From: Pseudomonadota bacterium
Lineage (GTDB): Bacteria; Pseudomonadota; Gammaproteobacteria; Pseudomonadales; Halomonadaceae
DNA length: 64,000 nt
Assembly: GCA_051751285.1 (NCBI GenBank)
Contig: JBNJKT010000010.1
Coordinates: 20,006-84,005 of the forward strand
Direction of reading: 5' to 3'
Part shown: piece by piece, positions 28,067 to 42,507 of the stretch
Position numbering within the stretch: position 1 is the first letter of the stretch
Layout of the letters: every line of letters starts with the position of its first letter
Translations under genes and position numbers: made by a program
Notes under the pieces: generated by a model
What the model saw: only the letters and a program-made list of their open reading frames with translations
Databases searched by the model: none
What the model was told of the DNA's origin: nothing

Positions 28067-29371
28067 ATGCTGAAACGCCTGATCGACAACCAGTTCAAGC
28101 TGGTCGAGCACAACACCGACGTGAAGACCGAGGTCATCGCCGGGATCACCACCTTCCTGACCATGGCCTACATCATCTTCGTCAACCCGAGCATCCTCTC
28201 CGAGGCAGGCATGGACTATGGCGCGGTGTTCGTCGCGACCTGTCTGGCCGCCGCGGTGGGCTGTCTGATCATGGGCCTGTGGGCCAACTATCCGATTGCC
28301 CAGGCACCCGGCATGGGTCTCAACGCCTTTTTCACCTATGGCGTGGTGCTGGGCATGGGGTATACCTGGGAGGCGGCGCTGGGGGCGGTCTTCTTCTCCG
28401 GCTTCATCTTCTTTCTGCTCAGCGTCTTCAAGATAAGGGAGTGGATCATCAACTCGATTCCGCTCTCCCTGCGCCTGGGGATCGCCGCGGGTATCGGGCT
28501 CTTCCTGGCGATGATTGCGCTGAAGAATGCCGGCATCGTGGTGGCCAACGAGGCGACCTTCGTTGCACTGGGGGATCTGTCCCAGCCGCCGGCTCTTTAT
28601 GCGCTGCTGGGCTTTTTCGTGATTACCGCGCTTGCCTATCTCAAGGTAACCGGCGCGGTGATGATCGGCATCCTCGGCGTCACCCTGCTGGCGATGCTCT
28701 TCGGTCATAACGAGTTCGGTGGCTTCATGTCCATGCCGCCCTCCATCGCCCCCACCTTCATGGCTCTCGATCTGGCCGGTGCCTTCGACGTGGCGATGCT
28801 CAGCGTGATCTTCGCCTTCCTGTTCGTCGATCTCTTCGATACGTCCGGTACGCTGGTTGGCGTGGCCCAGAAGGGCAAGTTGCTGGACAAGGACGGCAAG
28901 CTGCCACGCATCGGGCGCGCGATGATGGCCGACAGTGGCGCCTCCATGGCTGGCGCGGTACTGGGGACTTCCACCACCACCAGCTACATCGAGTCCACCG
29001 CCGGCATTGCCTCTGGCGGGCGTACCGGTCTGACCGCCGTGGTCGTGGCGGTGCTGTTCCTGATCAGCCTGTTCTTCGCGCCGCTGGCGGGCTCCATTCC
29101 TGCCTATGCCACCGCCGGGGCCCTGCTCTATGTAGCGGTGTTGATGGCCGGTAGCCTGGCCCATGCCAACTGGGACGATCCCACGGACGCTGCCCCGGTG
29201 CTGATCGCCGCCCTGGCCATGCCGCTGACGTTCTCGATTGCCGAAGGCATCGCGCTGGGCTTCATCAGCTATGCGGCTATCAAGGCGCTCTCAGGGCGTT
29301 TCAAGGACCTGAATCCCGCGGTTATCGTGCTGGCCCTGCTGTTTGCCGGCAAGTTCCTGTTCCTTGGCTGA
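28067..29371 (+). CDS. NCS2-family purine (adenine/guanine/hypoxanthine) permease, AzgA type
   Basis: MLKRLIDNQFKLVEHNTDVKTEVIAGITTFLTMAYIIFVNP.., a polytopic protein. Confidence 0.88.
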   Translation: MLKRLIDNQFKLVEHNTDVKTEVIAGITTFLTMAYIIFVNPSILSEAGMDYGAVFVATCLAAAVGCLIMGLWANYPIAQAPGMGLNAFFTYGVVLGMGYTWEAALGAVFFSGFIFFLLSVFKIREWIINSIPLSLRLGIAAGIGLFLAMIALKNAGIVVANEATFVALGDLSQPPALYALLGFFVITALAYLKVTGAVMIGILGVTLLAMLFGHNEFGGFMSMPPSIAPTFMALDLAGAFDVAMLSVIFAFLFVDLFDTSGTLVGVAQKGKLLDKDGKLPRIGRAMMADSGASMAGAVLGTSTTTSYIESTAGIASGGRTGLTAVVVAVLFLISLFFAPLAGSIPAYATAGALLYVAVLMAGSLAHANWDDPTDAAPVLIAALAMPLTFSIAEGIALGFISYAAIKALSGRFKDLNPAVIVLALLFAGKFLFLG

Positions 29372-29410
29372 TTCCTGTCTATCGATTGCATTCACTCACC
29401 GAGAGACCCG

Positions 29411-29956
29411 ATGAGCATCTACGGCGACTACATCAAGTCCGTGATCCGCACCGTCCCCGACTGGCCGCAGTCGGGGGTCAACTTTCGCGACATCACTCCG
29501 CTGCTGCAGAACAGGGCGGCCTTCCGCAAACTGATCGATAGCTTCGTGCATCGCTATCAGGAGATGGGCATCGATGCCGTCGCCGCCATCGACGCCCGGG
29601 GCTTCATCGTCGGCGCGCCCCTGGCCTATGAGCTGGGCTGCAGCTTCGTGCCGGTGCGCAAGAAGGGCAAGCTGCCGTTCCGCACCATCAGCGAAACCTA
29701 TACCCTGGAGTATGGTGAGGCCGAGGTGGAGCTGCACTCCGACGCCTTCAAGCAGGGTGACCGCATCCTCATCGTCGACGATCTGATCGCCACCGGCGGT
29801 ACCATGCTGGCTGCCGCCAAGCTGATAAGCCGCAGCGGCGGACAGGTGGTCGAGACCGCCACCATCGTCGACCTGCCCGACCTCGGCGGATCCCGGCGGA
29901 TCCGTGAGGCCGGGTATGGTGTCTTCGCCGTCTGCTCCTTCACCGAGGACGAGTGA
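29411..29956 (+). CDS. apt: adenine phosphoribosyltransferase
   Basis: [17 protein letters not shown] and [17 protein letters not shown] motifs. Confidence 0.95.
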   Translation: MSIYGDYIKSVIRTVPDWPQSGVNFRDITPLLQNRAAFRKLIDSFVHRYQEMGIDAVAAIDARGFIVGAPLAYELGCSFVPVRKKGKLPFRTISETYTLEYGEAEVELHSDAFKQGDRILIVDDLIATGGTMLAAAKLISRSGGQVVETATIVDLPDLGGSRRIREAGYGVFAVCSFTEDE

Positions 29957-29961
29957 GCCCC

Positions 29962-30441
29962 ATGAGCACCCATCGCTACCACCAGCATTTCACCGTCTCC
30001 TGGGACCAGCTGCACCGCGACGTGCGCGAGCTCTGCCACCGGCTGATCGAGCGTGACTTCAAGGGCATCATTGCCATCACCCGCGGTGGCCTGATCCCGG
30101 CGGCGCTGATTGCCCGTGAACTCAACGTGCGCCTGATCGACACCGTCTGCATCAAGAGCTACGAGCACATGGATCAGGGTGGTCTTGACGTCTTGAAGGG
30201 CGTCGACCATGACGGCGAGGGCTGGCTGCTGGTCGACGATCTTGTCGATACCGGCCGTACCGCCAAGGCCGTGAGTGAGATGTTGCCGAAGGCCCACTTC
30301 GTGACCATCTATGCCAAGCCCGAGGGCAAGCCGCTGGTGGATCAGTACCTCACCGAAGTGGCTCAGGATTGCTGGATCCAGTTTCCCTGGGACATGGGCG
30401 TGGCCTATGTCGAGCCGCTGGTCGATCAGGCGAAGCGCTGA
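29962..30441 (+). CDS. gpt: xanthine-guanine phosphoribosyltransferase
   Basis: [20 protein letters not shown].. and [13 protein letters not shown]. Confidence 0.9.
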   Translation: MSTHRYHQHFTVSWDQLHRDVRELCHRLIERDFKGIIAITRGGLIPAALIARELNVRLIDTVCIKSYEHMDQGGLDVLKGVDHDGEGWLLVDDLVDTGRTAKAVSEMLPKAHFVTIYAKPEGKPLVDQYLTEVAQDCWIQFPWDMGVAYVEPLVDQAKR

Positions 30442-30444
30442 GCC

Positions 30445-31128
30445 ATGGCCTGTCCGCTCCCTGACAGCTGGCAACAGTGGCTGGGCGACGAGTTCGAGGC
30501 GTCCTACATGCAGTCGCTGCGCGACTTCCTGGCGGCCGAGAAGGCGGCCAGGAAGGTGATCTATCCGCACTCGACGGACTGGTTTCGCGCCTTCGAGCTG
30601 ACGCCGTTGGATCGGGTGAAGGTAGTGATCCTTGGCCAGGACCCTTACCACGGGCCGAATCAGGCACACGGGCTCTGTTTCTCGGTGCGCCCCGGTGTGC
30701 GTGTCCCACCCTCGCTGGTCAATATCTACAAGGAACTGCAGGCGGACGTGGGCTTTCAGCCGGTGGACCACGGCAACCTCGAGCACTGGGCGCGCCAGGG
30801 GGTATTGCTGCTCAATACCTCCTTGACGGTGGAGCAGGGCAATGCCGGCTCGCATCGCGGCAAGGGTTGGGAGACCTTCACCGACCGTGCTATCGCCACG
30901 GTAAGCGAGCATGCCGAGCCATCGGTCTTTCTGTTGTGGGGAAGTCACGCCCGTCAGAAGAAGGCGCTGGTCGATACCTCGCGCCATCTGGTGCTGGAAT
31001 CCCCGCATCCGTCGCCGCTTTCGGCCCATCGCGGCTTTTTCGGCAACCACCATTTCTCTCGCGCCAACGCCTTTCTGGTCGAGCAGGGCCGCGAGCCCAT
31101 CGACTGGCAGCTTCCCGCTCAGCCTTAA
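30445..31128 (+). CDS. ung: uracil-DNA glycosylase
   Basis: [22 protein letters not shown] and HPSPLSA motifs. Confidence 0.95.
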   Translation: MACPLPDSWQQWLGDEFEASYMQSLRDFLAAEKAARKVIYPHSTDWFRAFELTPLDRVKVVILGQDPYHGPNQAHGLCFSVRPGVRVPPSLVNIYKELQADVGFQPVDHGNLEHWARQGVLLLNTSLTVEQGNAGSHRGKGWETFTDRAIATVSEHAEPSVFLLWGSHARQKKALVDTSRHLVLESPHPSPLSAHRGFFGNHHFSRANAFLVEQGREPIDWQLPAQP

Positions 31129-31167
31129 CCTCGATGCGGGATGCGGTTAGAATGGCGAGCTAATTAT

Positions 31168-31338
31168 TGTGGGAGTCCTAGATTCGACGCTTCGACTTGC
31201 ATAGCGATGTATGGTTGGCGCCCTTCGCGGTGCCAGCACCGCTTCCACAACCCTATGTAGGCTCTTAACCCTTGTGGGAGCCGTGCTTGCACGGCGATGA
31301 GTGCCCGCCGCCTTTCGAGGTGCAAGTGGTGCTCCCAC
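31168..31338. repeat. cluster of REP-like units (TGTGGGAGC..GCTTGC family)
   Basis: TTGTGGGAGTCC.., ..CTTCCACAA, TGTAGGCTC, and TGTGGGAGCCGTGCTTGCACGG ... GTGCAAGTGGTGCTCCCAC. Confidence 0.5.
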
Positions 31339-31370
31339 CCGCTACCCACCGCCGTCCAAGAGGTTCCCCC

Positions 31371-32000
31371 ATGAGCGTCCACGCCATCCAGCATCCGCTG
31401 GTTCAGCACAAGGTTGGTCTGATGCGAGAAGCCGGCATCAGTACCAAGAGCTTCCGTGAACTGTCCGGCGAGTTGGCCAAGCTGCTCACCTACGAGGCGA
31501 CCAGCGACCTGGAGCTGCAGAATCAGGAGATCGATGGCTGGAGCGGCAACAAGATTGCGGTGCAGCTGCTCAAGGGCAAGAAGGTGACGATCGTTCCGAT
31601 CCTGCGCGCGGGGCTGGGCATGCTCGACGGCGTCACCGATCTGATTCCCAGTGCGCGGATCAGCGTGGTCGGTCTCTATCGCGACGAGGAAACGCTGGAG
31701 CCGGTGCCCTACTTCGCCAAATTCGCCAATGACCTGGACGAGCGCATGGCCATCGTCATCGACCCCATGCTGGCCACCGGCGGCACCATGGTCGCCACCC
31801 TGGACATGCTGCGTGACCGGGGTTGCAAGCACATGAAGGTCATCGTGCTGGTCGCTGCTCCCGAGGGCATCAAGCGTGTCCAGGATGCCTATCCGGATAT
31901 CGAGCTCTACACCGCCGCGGTGGATGACCACCTCGATGAGAACGGTTATATCGTCCCCGGCCTGGGGGATGCCGGCGACAAGATCTTCGGCACCCGCTGA
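31371..32000 (+). CDS. upp: uracil phosphoribosyltransferase
   Basis: [20 protein letters not shown].. and a C-terminal [10 protein letters not shown]. Confidence 0.95.
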   Translation: MSVHAIQHPLVQHKVGLMREAGISTKSFRELSGELAKLLTYEATSDLELQNQEIDGWSGNKIAVQLLKGKKVTIVPILRAGLGMLDGVTDLIPSARISVVGLYRDEETLEPVPYFAKFANDLDERMAIVIDPMLATGGTMVATLDMLRDRGCKHMKVIVLVAAPEGIKRVQDAYPDIELYTAAVDDHLDENGYIVPGLGDAGDKIFGTR

Positions 32001-32031
32001 GCGACATCCCACGACTCTCGATTCCCTTCCG

Positions 32032-32055
32032 CCCCGAGGACAGAAGACCTCGGGG
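32032..32055 (+). terminator. hairpin after upp
   Basis: CCCCGAGG-N8-CCTCGGGG, with no adjacent T tract. Confidence 0.35.
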
Positions 32056-32154
32056 CTAACCCTTCGTTATTCTTCCCTCCCTTCGTTTCACTTCTCCTTG
32101 TCACCTGGCTCCTGATTTTCGACTTTCGTCGCGCCATCCTTGTGATGTCGTGCA

Positions 32155-32172
32155 ATGTTCGTTTTCGATCAC
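32155..32172. promoter_or_regulatory. GlpR-operator-like site upstream of the glycerol-type ABC transporter
   Basis: ATGTTCGTTTTCGATCAC, in the AT-rich region about 240 nt upstream of 32411. Confidence 0.42.
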
Positions 32173-32410
32173 AAAGCAGCGTGAAGCCCAAGGTTCATCG
32201 TTCTGTCCATGTCCCGCCTCGCCCTAAGACAAAAGTTCAATGCTTGGCAATAAATATTTAATAACAATGACCTATGGAAATTTTAAGAAGGAAGTCAGGG
32301 TGATGATCACTATTTTCGGTTGACGACATTTGTGTTTGAAAGCGAATCTCGGCTACGTTGTATTCAGCTGTCCCTGAATCAACACATAACAACGAACCGT
32401 CGAGATCCGT

Positions 32411-33499
32411 ATGTCCTTGATCCTAGAAAACATCGATCACGTGGTAGGTGGTGACACCTACATCGCGGGCGTGAACCTGGAGCTCCAGCCCGGCTCCTTC
32501 AACGTCTTGCTGGGGCGAACCCTGGCCGGCAAGACCACCCTGATGCGACTGATGGCGGGGCTGGATACGCCGACTCGGGGGCGAATCCTGATGGATGGTG
32601 AAGACGTGACCGGTCGCTCCGTGCGCAAGCGCAACGTCTCCATGGTTTATCAGCAGTTCATCAACTATCCGGCGCTCTCCGTCTACGACAACATCGCTTC
32701 ACCCCTCAAGCTGGCCAAGGTCGATCGTGCTGAGATCGATCGGCGAGTGCGAGAGGTCGCCGAGATGTTGCATATCGAGCAGATGCTCGATCGCCTGCCC
32801 CTCGAGCTTTCCGGCGGCCAGCAGCAGCGGACTGCCATGGGGCGCGCGCTGGTAAAGGATGCCGATGTCGTGCTCTTCGATGAGCCACTGGTCAACCTCG
32901 ACTACAAGCTCCGCGAGGAATTCCGCGAAGAATTGCGCTCCGTGTTCAGCGAGCGTAACTGCATCGCCGTCTATGCCACCACTGAACCTGCCGAGGCGCT
33001 CGCACTGGGTGGAAACACGGCGGTACTTCATGAGGGTCGCCTGCTGCAGTACGGGCGTACCGAAGACGTCTATCATCGTCCGCGCGACATCCTGACCGCG
33101 GAGATGTTTTCCGAGCCCCCGATCAACATCGTGAAGGGCATCATCTCCGGCACCGAGGTGACCTTTGACAAGTCGCTGCATTTTCCCATCAACGAGGATC
33201 TGCGAACCCTGGCACCCGGTGAGTATCGCTTTGGTGTGCGTGCTTCGCACATCTCGCTCGTCCCGCGCGCCAAGGATGATATCGAGGTCAAGATGACCGT
33301 CGATCTGGCCGAGATCAGTGGCTCCGAAACCTTTCTGCACGTGCACAACGACCTCTTCCACATGACGGTTCACCTTGAGGGGGTTCACGAGTTTCCCGTC
33401 GATGCACCCGTGACGCTCTATTTCCCGACCCACAAGGTCTATGCCTTCGATCGCCAAGGGGCGGTGGTGCATATACCGACTCACCTGGGGGGCGTCTGA
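32411..33499 (+). CDS. ABC transporter ATP-binding protein 1 (rhizobial GlpS-like)
   Basis: Walker A GRTLAGKTT, LSGGQQQR, and a MalK-like C-terminal domain. Confidence 0.88.
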   Translation: MSLILENIDHVVGGDTYIAGVNLELQPGSFNVLLGRTLAGKTTLMRLMAGLDTPTRGRILMDGEDVTGRSVRKRNVSMVYQQFINYPALSVYDNIASPLKLAKVDRAEIDRRVREVAEMLHIEQMLDRLPLELSGGQQQRTAMGRALVKDADVVLFDEPLVNLDYKLREEFREELRSVFSERNCIAVYATTEPAEALALGGNTAVLHEGRLLQYGRTEDVYHRPRDILTAEMFSEPPINIVKGIISGTEVTFDKSLHFPINEDLRTLAPGEYRFGVRASHISLVPRAKDDIEVKMTVDLAEISGSETFLHVHNDLFHMTVHLEGVHEFPVDAPVTLYFPTHKVYAFDRQGAVVHIPTHLGGV

Positions 33500-33500
33500 T

Positions 33501-34593
33501 ATGGCCGAGATCACCCTGAAATCCCTGGCTCACACTTATCTGCCCGATCCAAAGTCGCCGGAAGACTACGCCATTCGCGAGATGAATCACGTCTGGCACC
33601 AGGGTGGGGCCTATGCGCTGCTCGGCCCTTCCGGCTGCGGCAAGTCGACCCTGCTCAATATCATCTCCGGCCTGTTGGAGCCCTCCAGCGGTGAAGTGCT
33701 GTTCGATGGCGAAGTGGTCAACGCCCTGCCGCCCGAGGCGCGCAATATTGCGCAGGTTTTCCAGTTCCCCGTCATCTACGACACCATGACGGTCTACGAT
33801 AACCTGGCCTTTCCGCTGCGCAATGTGCGCACGCCCGAGGCGCGCGTGCGAGAGCGCGTCATGGAAGTCGCCGACGTTCTGGAACTCACAGCCCAACTCA
33901 AGCGCAAGGCAAAAAACCTCACCGCCGATGAGAAGCAGAAGGTCTCCATGGGCCGGGGGCTGGTGCGCGAGGACGTCTCGGCGATTCTCTTCGACGAGCC
34001 GCTCACCGTCATCGACCCTCAGCTGAAGTGGAAGCTGCGCCGCAAGCTGAAGGAGATCCACCAGCGCTTCGAGATCACCATGGTCTATGTGACCCACGAC
34101 CAGCTCGAGGCCTCAACCTTCGCCGACAAGATTGCCGTCATGTACGAAGGGCAAGTGGTGCAGTTCGGCACTCCCAGAGAACTCTTCGAAAAGCCCAACC
34201 ACACCTTCGTCGGGTACTTCATTGGTAGCCCCGGGATGAATTTCCTGGATGTCACGACGCGTGACGGGAGGGTAATGGCCGGTGATACCCAGCTGACGGT
34301 AGGCAACAACGTGCACGATGCCGTTGCCAACGCCCGTTCCTCCAACGTCAAGCTCGGTATCCGTCCCGAGTTCATCGAGGTGCATGCCGAGCCCGTCGAG
34401 GGCGGCATGGAGGCGCGAGTGGAGCACGCCCAGGATCTGGGAACCTACTCTATCGTTTACCTGAAATTGGGCAACATTGCGCTCAAGGCACGCATCGAGG
34501 AGGACCAGAAGACGCCCTCGGGCAAGGCATGGCTGCGCTTCCCGGACGATCGAATTGGCCTTTACGTCGACGAATTTCGCGTGGAGATCGACC

Positions 34594-34601
<8 letters not shown>
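33501..34601 (+). CDS. ABC transporter ATP-binding protein 2 (rhizobial GlpT-like)
   Basis: MAEITLKSLAHTY.., Walker A GPSGCGKST. The ATG at 33501 follows the upstream stop directly. Confidence 0.88.
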
Positions 34602-35475
<874 letters not shown>

Positions 35476-35476
35476 C

Positions 35477-36370
<894 letters not shown>

Positions 36371-36381
36371 GGAGACGCGAC

Positions 36382-36654
36382 ATGGAATGGATGGTATGGA
36401 CCACGCCCACCACGATCTTCTTTGCGGTCATTGCCGTCATGCTGGCCGGCATGACCTCCTGGGAAGTCATCTCGCCAACGGTCGAGCGCAAGGGCTTCCT
36501 GCCGATCTCGACCACCCGCGGTGACCGGCTCTTCATCGGGCTTCTCTCCGCGGCCTACATCCACCTTGCGGTGGTGGGCTTTACCCCGTTCAGCATCTGG
36601 CTGGCTCTGGGTGCATCGGTACTCTGGCTACTCGTTCTGATGCGCTGGGGCTGA
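36382..36654 (+). CDS. small membrane protein, DUF2160-like (rhizobial GlpU-like)
   Basis: 90 aa, 3 predicted TM segments, at the conserved position between the permeases and the binding protein in glycerol ABC loci. Confidence 0.75.
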   Translation: MEWMVWTTPTTIFFAVIAVMLAGMTSWEVISPTVERKGFLPISTTRGDRLFIGLLSAAYIHLAVVGFTPFSIWLALGASVLWLLVLMRWG

Positions 36655-36711
36655 CAGAAACGCATGGAGCCGAATGTCCACGGACGGACTACCACAACTC
36701 AAGAGGTCAAT

Positions 36712-38454
<1,743 letters not shown>

Positions 38455-38601
38455 TGGTCGGGCGGGTCGTCTGACCCGCCCTCTCCTTTCCCCGGCGTTG
38501 CCGGGGCGACGTCAGTGCGTGTAACCGGTTGCCTGAACGGGACCCAGGGCCCCGCTCGGTGCAGTCCGAGCGGGGCCCGTTGCTTTGAAAAAGGGCCAGA
38601 C

Positions 38602-40212
38602 ATGCAACTCAGAGAGAACAATATCCGCAAGCTTCCCGATCAGACCTTTGATGTTCTGGTGATCGGAGGTGGCATCAATGGGGCGTCAGCGGCGGCAGCG
38701 TTGAGTGGGAAAGGGGCCAAGGTGGCCCTGATCGACCGCGGTGACTTCGCTGGCAGTACCAGCATGCACTCCTCCAACCTTGTCTGGGGAGGCATCAAGT
38801 ACATGGAAAGCGGTGACTTCAAGCTGGTGCGCAAGCTGTGCAAGAGCCGCAACCACCTGATCAGGAGTTATCCGTCCACGGTCCAGGAGATTCGTTTCCT
38901 GACCACCATCAACAAGGGCTTTCGCCACCATCCCCTCTATCCCTGGGCCGGCACCTGGCTCTACTGGCTGATGGGCAGCGCCTTCACGCGTATGCCCAAC
39001 TTTCTGCGTCCGTCAGGCATCAAGGCGCGTGAGCCGATCATCGATACCCGCAATGCCCAGGGAGGCTTCGAGTATTCCGATGCCTACCTGCACGATAACG
39101 ATGCGCGCTTCGTCTTCAACTTCGTACGCGGCGCCCTGGATTTTGGAACCGTGGCGGCGAATTACGTCGAATCCCTGGGCTCGCGCCGCGAGGGAGATCT
39201 CTGGATTACCCAGGTTCGGGATCGCACCGATGACAGCTCCTTCGAGATTCGCTCCAGGGTGCTCATCAATGCCGCTGGTCCCTGGGTCGATCAGCACAAC
39301 AGTCTATCGGGCCAGGATACCGACCATCGTCACGTCTTCTCCAAGGGCATCCACCTTATCGTGCCGCGGTTGACCGAGAGCAAGCGTGTGCTGGCCTTCT
39401 TTGCCGACGATGGTCGACTCTTCTTCGTCATCCCCATGGGACCCCGCACCTGCATCGGCACGACGGATACCCGGGTCGAGAAGCCCGAGGTCGGCGCAAC
39501 GGAGGAGGATATCCGGTTCGTGCTCGACAATATCAATACGCGCCTCGCACTCCAGACCCCTCTGGGCAAGGAGGACATCATCGCGACGCGCTGTGGCGTG
39601 CGTCCTCTGGCGGTCAAGCCCAGCAAGGGCGGCGATCGTGACTTCCTCAATCTGTCGCGCAAGCATGCCATCGATATCGACAGCGAAAAGCGTCACCTCA
39701 GCATCTTTGGTGGCAAGCTGACCGACTGCCTCAATGTCGGTGAAGAAGTCGTCGAGGAGGTGCGTCGTCTCGGCGTCGAGATCCCGTACCCGGATGTCCG
39801 CTGGTACGGAGAACCCGATGCCTCGGTGCGCGAGGCCTTCATGCACCAGGCGCGGCTGATGGATCTGGACGCCATGACCTGCGCGGAAGCCTCCGAGCCA
39901 TTGAGCACACGGCTATGGCGCCGCTATGGCGCTCAGGCACTGGAGATGCTCGAGGACATCCGCCAGGACCCGACTCAGGGTGAGGTGCTCATCGAGGGAA
40001 CGGAATACCTGCGCTGCGAACTCAAGCTGGCCAGGCGGCGCGAGATGGTGACCAAGCTGGAAGATTTCCTGAGGCGTCGTTCCAAGGTGTCACTGGTGGT
40101 TCCCGAGGAGAGCATTCGTCATTCGCCGGGTCTGCGCGAAGCCTGCAACATTCTCTTCGACGACCAGGCCGAGACACGTCTGCAGGAGTTCCTCGAGACA
40201 GAGGAAGGTTGA
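38602..40212 (+). CDS. FAD-dependent glycerol-3-phosphate dehydrogenase/oxidase-like protein (long GlpD paralog 2)
   Basis: MQLRENNIRKLPDQTFDVLVIGGGINGASAAAALSGKG... It shares long identical blocks with the 21408-23087 product. Confidence 0.85.
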   Translation: MQLRENNIRKLPDQTFDVLVIGGGINGASAAAALSGKGAKVALIDRGDFAGSTSMHSSNLVWGGIKYMESGDFKLVRKLCKSRNHLIRSYPSTVQEIRFLTTINKGFRHHPLYPWAGTWLYWLMGSAFTRMPNFLRPSGIKAREPIIDTRNAQGGFEYSDAYLHDNDARFVFNFVRGALDFGTVAANYVESLGSRREGDLWITQVRDRTDDSSFEIRSRVLINAAGPWVDQHNSLSGQDTDHRHVFSKGIHLIVPRLTESKRVLAFFADDGRLFFVIPMGPRTCIGTTDTRVEKPEVGATEEDIRFVLDNINTRLALQTPLGKEDIIATRCGVRPLAVKPSKGGDRDFLNLSRKHAIDIDSEKRHLSIFGGKLTDCLNVGEEVVEEVRRLGVEIPYPDVRWYGEPDASVREAFMHQARLMDLDAMTCAEASEPLSTRLWRRYGAQALEMLEDIRQDPTQGEVLIEGTEYLRCELKLARRREMVTKLEDFLRRRSKVSLVVPEESIRHSPGLREACNILFDDQAETRLQEFLETEEG

Positions 40213-40315
40213 AAGAGGGCAGAGGGCCCGCGGATCTACGGGGGACCCCTGCAAGCGCCTTGCTGTTAGAATGCCGCGCGATTCGTTCCCCTTGTTCTTT
40301 CTGGAGCTCTTGATC

Positions 40316-41557
40316 ATGTCTGACAGTACGGCGCCGGCCGCCACGCCCACCGACACCCCTTTGCGCACCCTGCTCACCGGCGCACAGATGCTTTTCGTGG
40401 CCTTTGGCGCCTTGGTGCTGGTGCCTCTGCTCACCGGGCTCGACCCCAATGTAGCCCTGTTCACGGCCGGGGTCGGCACCTTGATCTTTCATGGCGTCAC
40501 CCGGGTCAGCGTGCCGGTCTTCCTGGCTTCGTCATTCGCCTTCATTGCGCCTATCCAGGGCTCGGTGGCCAACTTCGGCATCCCCGCCACCCTGGGCGGG
40601 CTGATGGCCGCCGGCCTGGTCTACGTGGTGATCTCGCAGTTCGTGCGTCTCAAGGGCACCGCCTGGCTGCATCGACTGTTGCCCCCGGTGGTGGTGGGGC
40701 CGGTGATCATGGTGATCGGCCTGGCACTGGCGCCGGTCGCGGTAGACATGGCCACCGGCGAGACCAGCGACAACATCGGCTACGGGGCGGCCATCTTTCT
40801 CTCCATGTCCAGCCTGCTGGTGACGCTGGTGCTGGCGGTGTTCGGCCGCGGCTTGATCCGTCTGATTCCGATCATGGGCGGTATCGTGACAGGGTATGCC
40901 CTGGCGCTGGTGATGGGGGTGGTGGACTTCACGCCGGTGCAGTCGTCGGCCTGGCTGGCGCTGCCGTCCTTCACCGCGCCGAGCTTTCACTGGGCAGCCA
41001 TCCTCTTCATGATTCCGGTGGCCATCGCTCCCGCGGTGGAGCACATCGGCGACATGGTGGCGATCGGCTCGGTGACCCGCAGGAACTACCTGGAAAAGCC
41101 CGGCCTGCATCGCACCCTGTTGGGCGACGGCCTGGCCACCACCGCCGCGGCGCTCTTCGGCGGTCCCCCCAATACGACCTACTCGGAAGTCACCGGTGCC
41201 GTGACGCTGACCCGCGCGTTCAATCCCCGGATCATGGTGGTAGCCGCCTGCATCGCCATTCTCCTGGCCTTCGTCGGCAAGCTTGGTGCGCTGCTGCAGA
41301 CCATCCCCGGTCCGGTGATGGGTGGCATCATGACCCTGCTATTCGGCTCGATTGCCGTGATCGGCATGAACACCCTGGTGCGTGCCGGCAAGCCGCTGAC
41401 GGCGCCGCGCAATCTGGTGGTGGTGTCCCTGGTTCTGGTCTTCGGCATCGGCGGCATGCAGTTCGGCAATGGCCAGTTCACCCTGCAGGGGGTCAGCCTC
41501 GCCGCCCTGGTCGGCATTGTCCTCAACTGGGTGCTGCCTCGTGCCGAGGAGGAGTGA
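40316..41557 (+). CDS. uraA: uracil permease (NCS2 family)
   Basis: Alignable by eye to E. coli UraA along its length (LFVAFGALVLVPLLTG, FLASSFAFIAP, PNTTYSE, PGPVMGGI). Confidence 0.88.
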   Translation: MSDSTAPAATPTDTPLRTLLTGAQMLFVAFGALVLVPLLTGLDPNVALFTAGVGTLIFHGVTRVSVPVFLASSFAFIAPIQGSVANFGIPATLGGLMAAGLVYVVISQFVRLKGTAWLHRLLPPVVVGPVIMVIGLALAPVAVDMATGETSDNIGYGAAIFLSMSSLLVTLVLAVFGRGLIRLIPIMGGIVTGYALALVMGVVDFTPVQSSAWLALPSFTAPSFHWAAILFMIPVAIAPAVEHIGDMVAIGSVTRRNYLEKPGLHRTLLGDGLATTAAALFGGPPNTTYSEVTGAVTLTRAFNPRIMVVAACIAILLAFVGKLGALLQTIPGPVMGGIMTLLFGSIAVIGMNTLVRAGKPLTAPRNLVVVSLVLVFGIGGMQFGNGQFTLQGVSLAALVGIVLNWVLPRAEEE

Positions 41558-41564
41558 TTGTTCA

Positions 41565-41684
41565 CTGTAGGAGCGCTGCTTGCAGCGCGATAGGCGGAGT
41601 GCACACCATCGCCGTGCAAGCACGGCTCCCACAGGTTATGGCGGTGAGGGAACCGAATTTCTGTGCAAGCATGGCTCCTACAGG
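41565..41684. repeat. three REP-like units (TGTAGGAGC..GCTTGC family)
   Basis: CTGTAGGAGCGCTGCTTGCAGCG .. CGTGCAAGCACGGCTCCCACAGG .. CTGTGCAAGCATGGCTCCTACAGG. Confidence 0.6.
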
Positions 41685-41717
41685 TAATTCACCGCGGATG
41701 GCAACGGTCAGACCCTG

Positions 41718-42302
41718 TCAGGCGTGGTGCTGCTCCTGGCCAGCATCGGAGAAGGTCGGCGGGGTGCTGGCGCTGACGATCACGCACTCCTCGTCGCCGG
41801 GGTTGCGAAAGCGGTGGGGCAGGCGGGAGTCGAAGTAGTAGGCGTCGCCTGCGCTCAGCACATCCACCTCGCCGTTGACGGTGATCTCGATCTGCCCCGC
41901 GACCACCACGCCGCCTTCCTCGCCGTCATGCTCCAGCATCTCTTCGCCGCTATCGGCCCCGGGGGGGTAGCGCTCGTAGATGATCGACATGCGCCGGTCG
42001 GGTCGCCGCGCGGCCACGAGTTGCCAGGAGAGCTGGCCATCACCGATCTCGGTCAGCTCGCCCTGACGATAGAAGGACTGTGGTTGACTGGGCTCGTCTC
42101 CGGCAAAGAAGGTACTGATCGACACCGGCAGGGCGTCGAGTATCTTCTTCAATGAACTCACCGACGGGCTGACATTGTTCTGCTCGACCAGTGAGATGGT
42201 GCTGTTGGTCACCCCGGCCCGCTTGGCCAGTTCTCGCTGGGAAAGTCCGCGTGACAGTCTCAACTGCTTGAGCCGAGCGCCGACATCGAATGCCTCGTCC
42301 AT
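41718..42302 (-). CDS. XRE-family HTH plus cupin transcriptional regulator (PuuR-like architecture)
   Basis: VGARLKQLRLSRGLSQRELAKRAGVTNSTISLVEQN HTH and a C-terminal cupin (GGVVVAGQIEITVNGE..GDAYYFDSRLPHRFRN). Confidence 0.8.
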   Translation of the reverse strand: MDEAFDVGARLKQLRLSRGLSQRELAKRAGVTNSTISLVEQNNVSPSVSSLKKILDALPVSISTFFAGDEPSQPQSFYRQGELTEIGDGQLSWQLVAARRPDRRMSIIYERYPPGADSGEEMLEHDGEEGGVVVAGQIEITVNGEVDVLSAGDAYYFDSRLPHRFRNPGDEECVIVSASTPPTFSDAGQEQHHA

Positions 42303-42507
42303 GGGTCGATCCTTGACGCGGTTGTCGCCGCATTCGTGGAATATTTTCAACATAGTGTACCTCCTTGGAGGCACGGGGATAAGCCATGGCTTGACCGGCG
42401 TCAGGGCAGGGCGCCAGCGTGGACGGCCGGCATGGCACCCGCCGTTCGGCTAAGGCATCATGAGTCATGTTGTGACTCACAGTATGACCGATTCGTCAGG
42501 AGAGCCG

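Noticed and set aside
28043-31053. Long minus-strand ORFs (28043-29164, 29698-31053) opposite the purine permease, apt, gpt and ung
   Set aside because: They are antisense to four genes with diagnostic motifs, with typical GC-rich mirror-frame translations.
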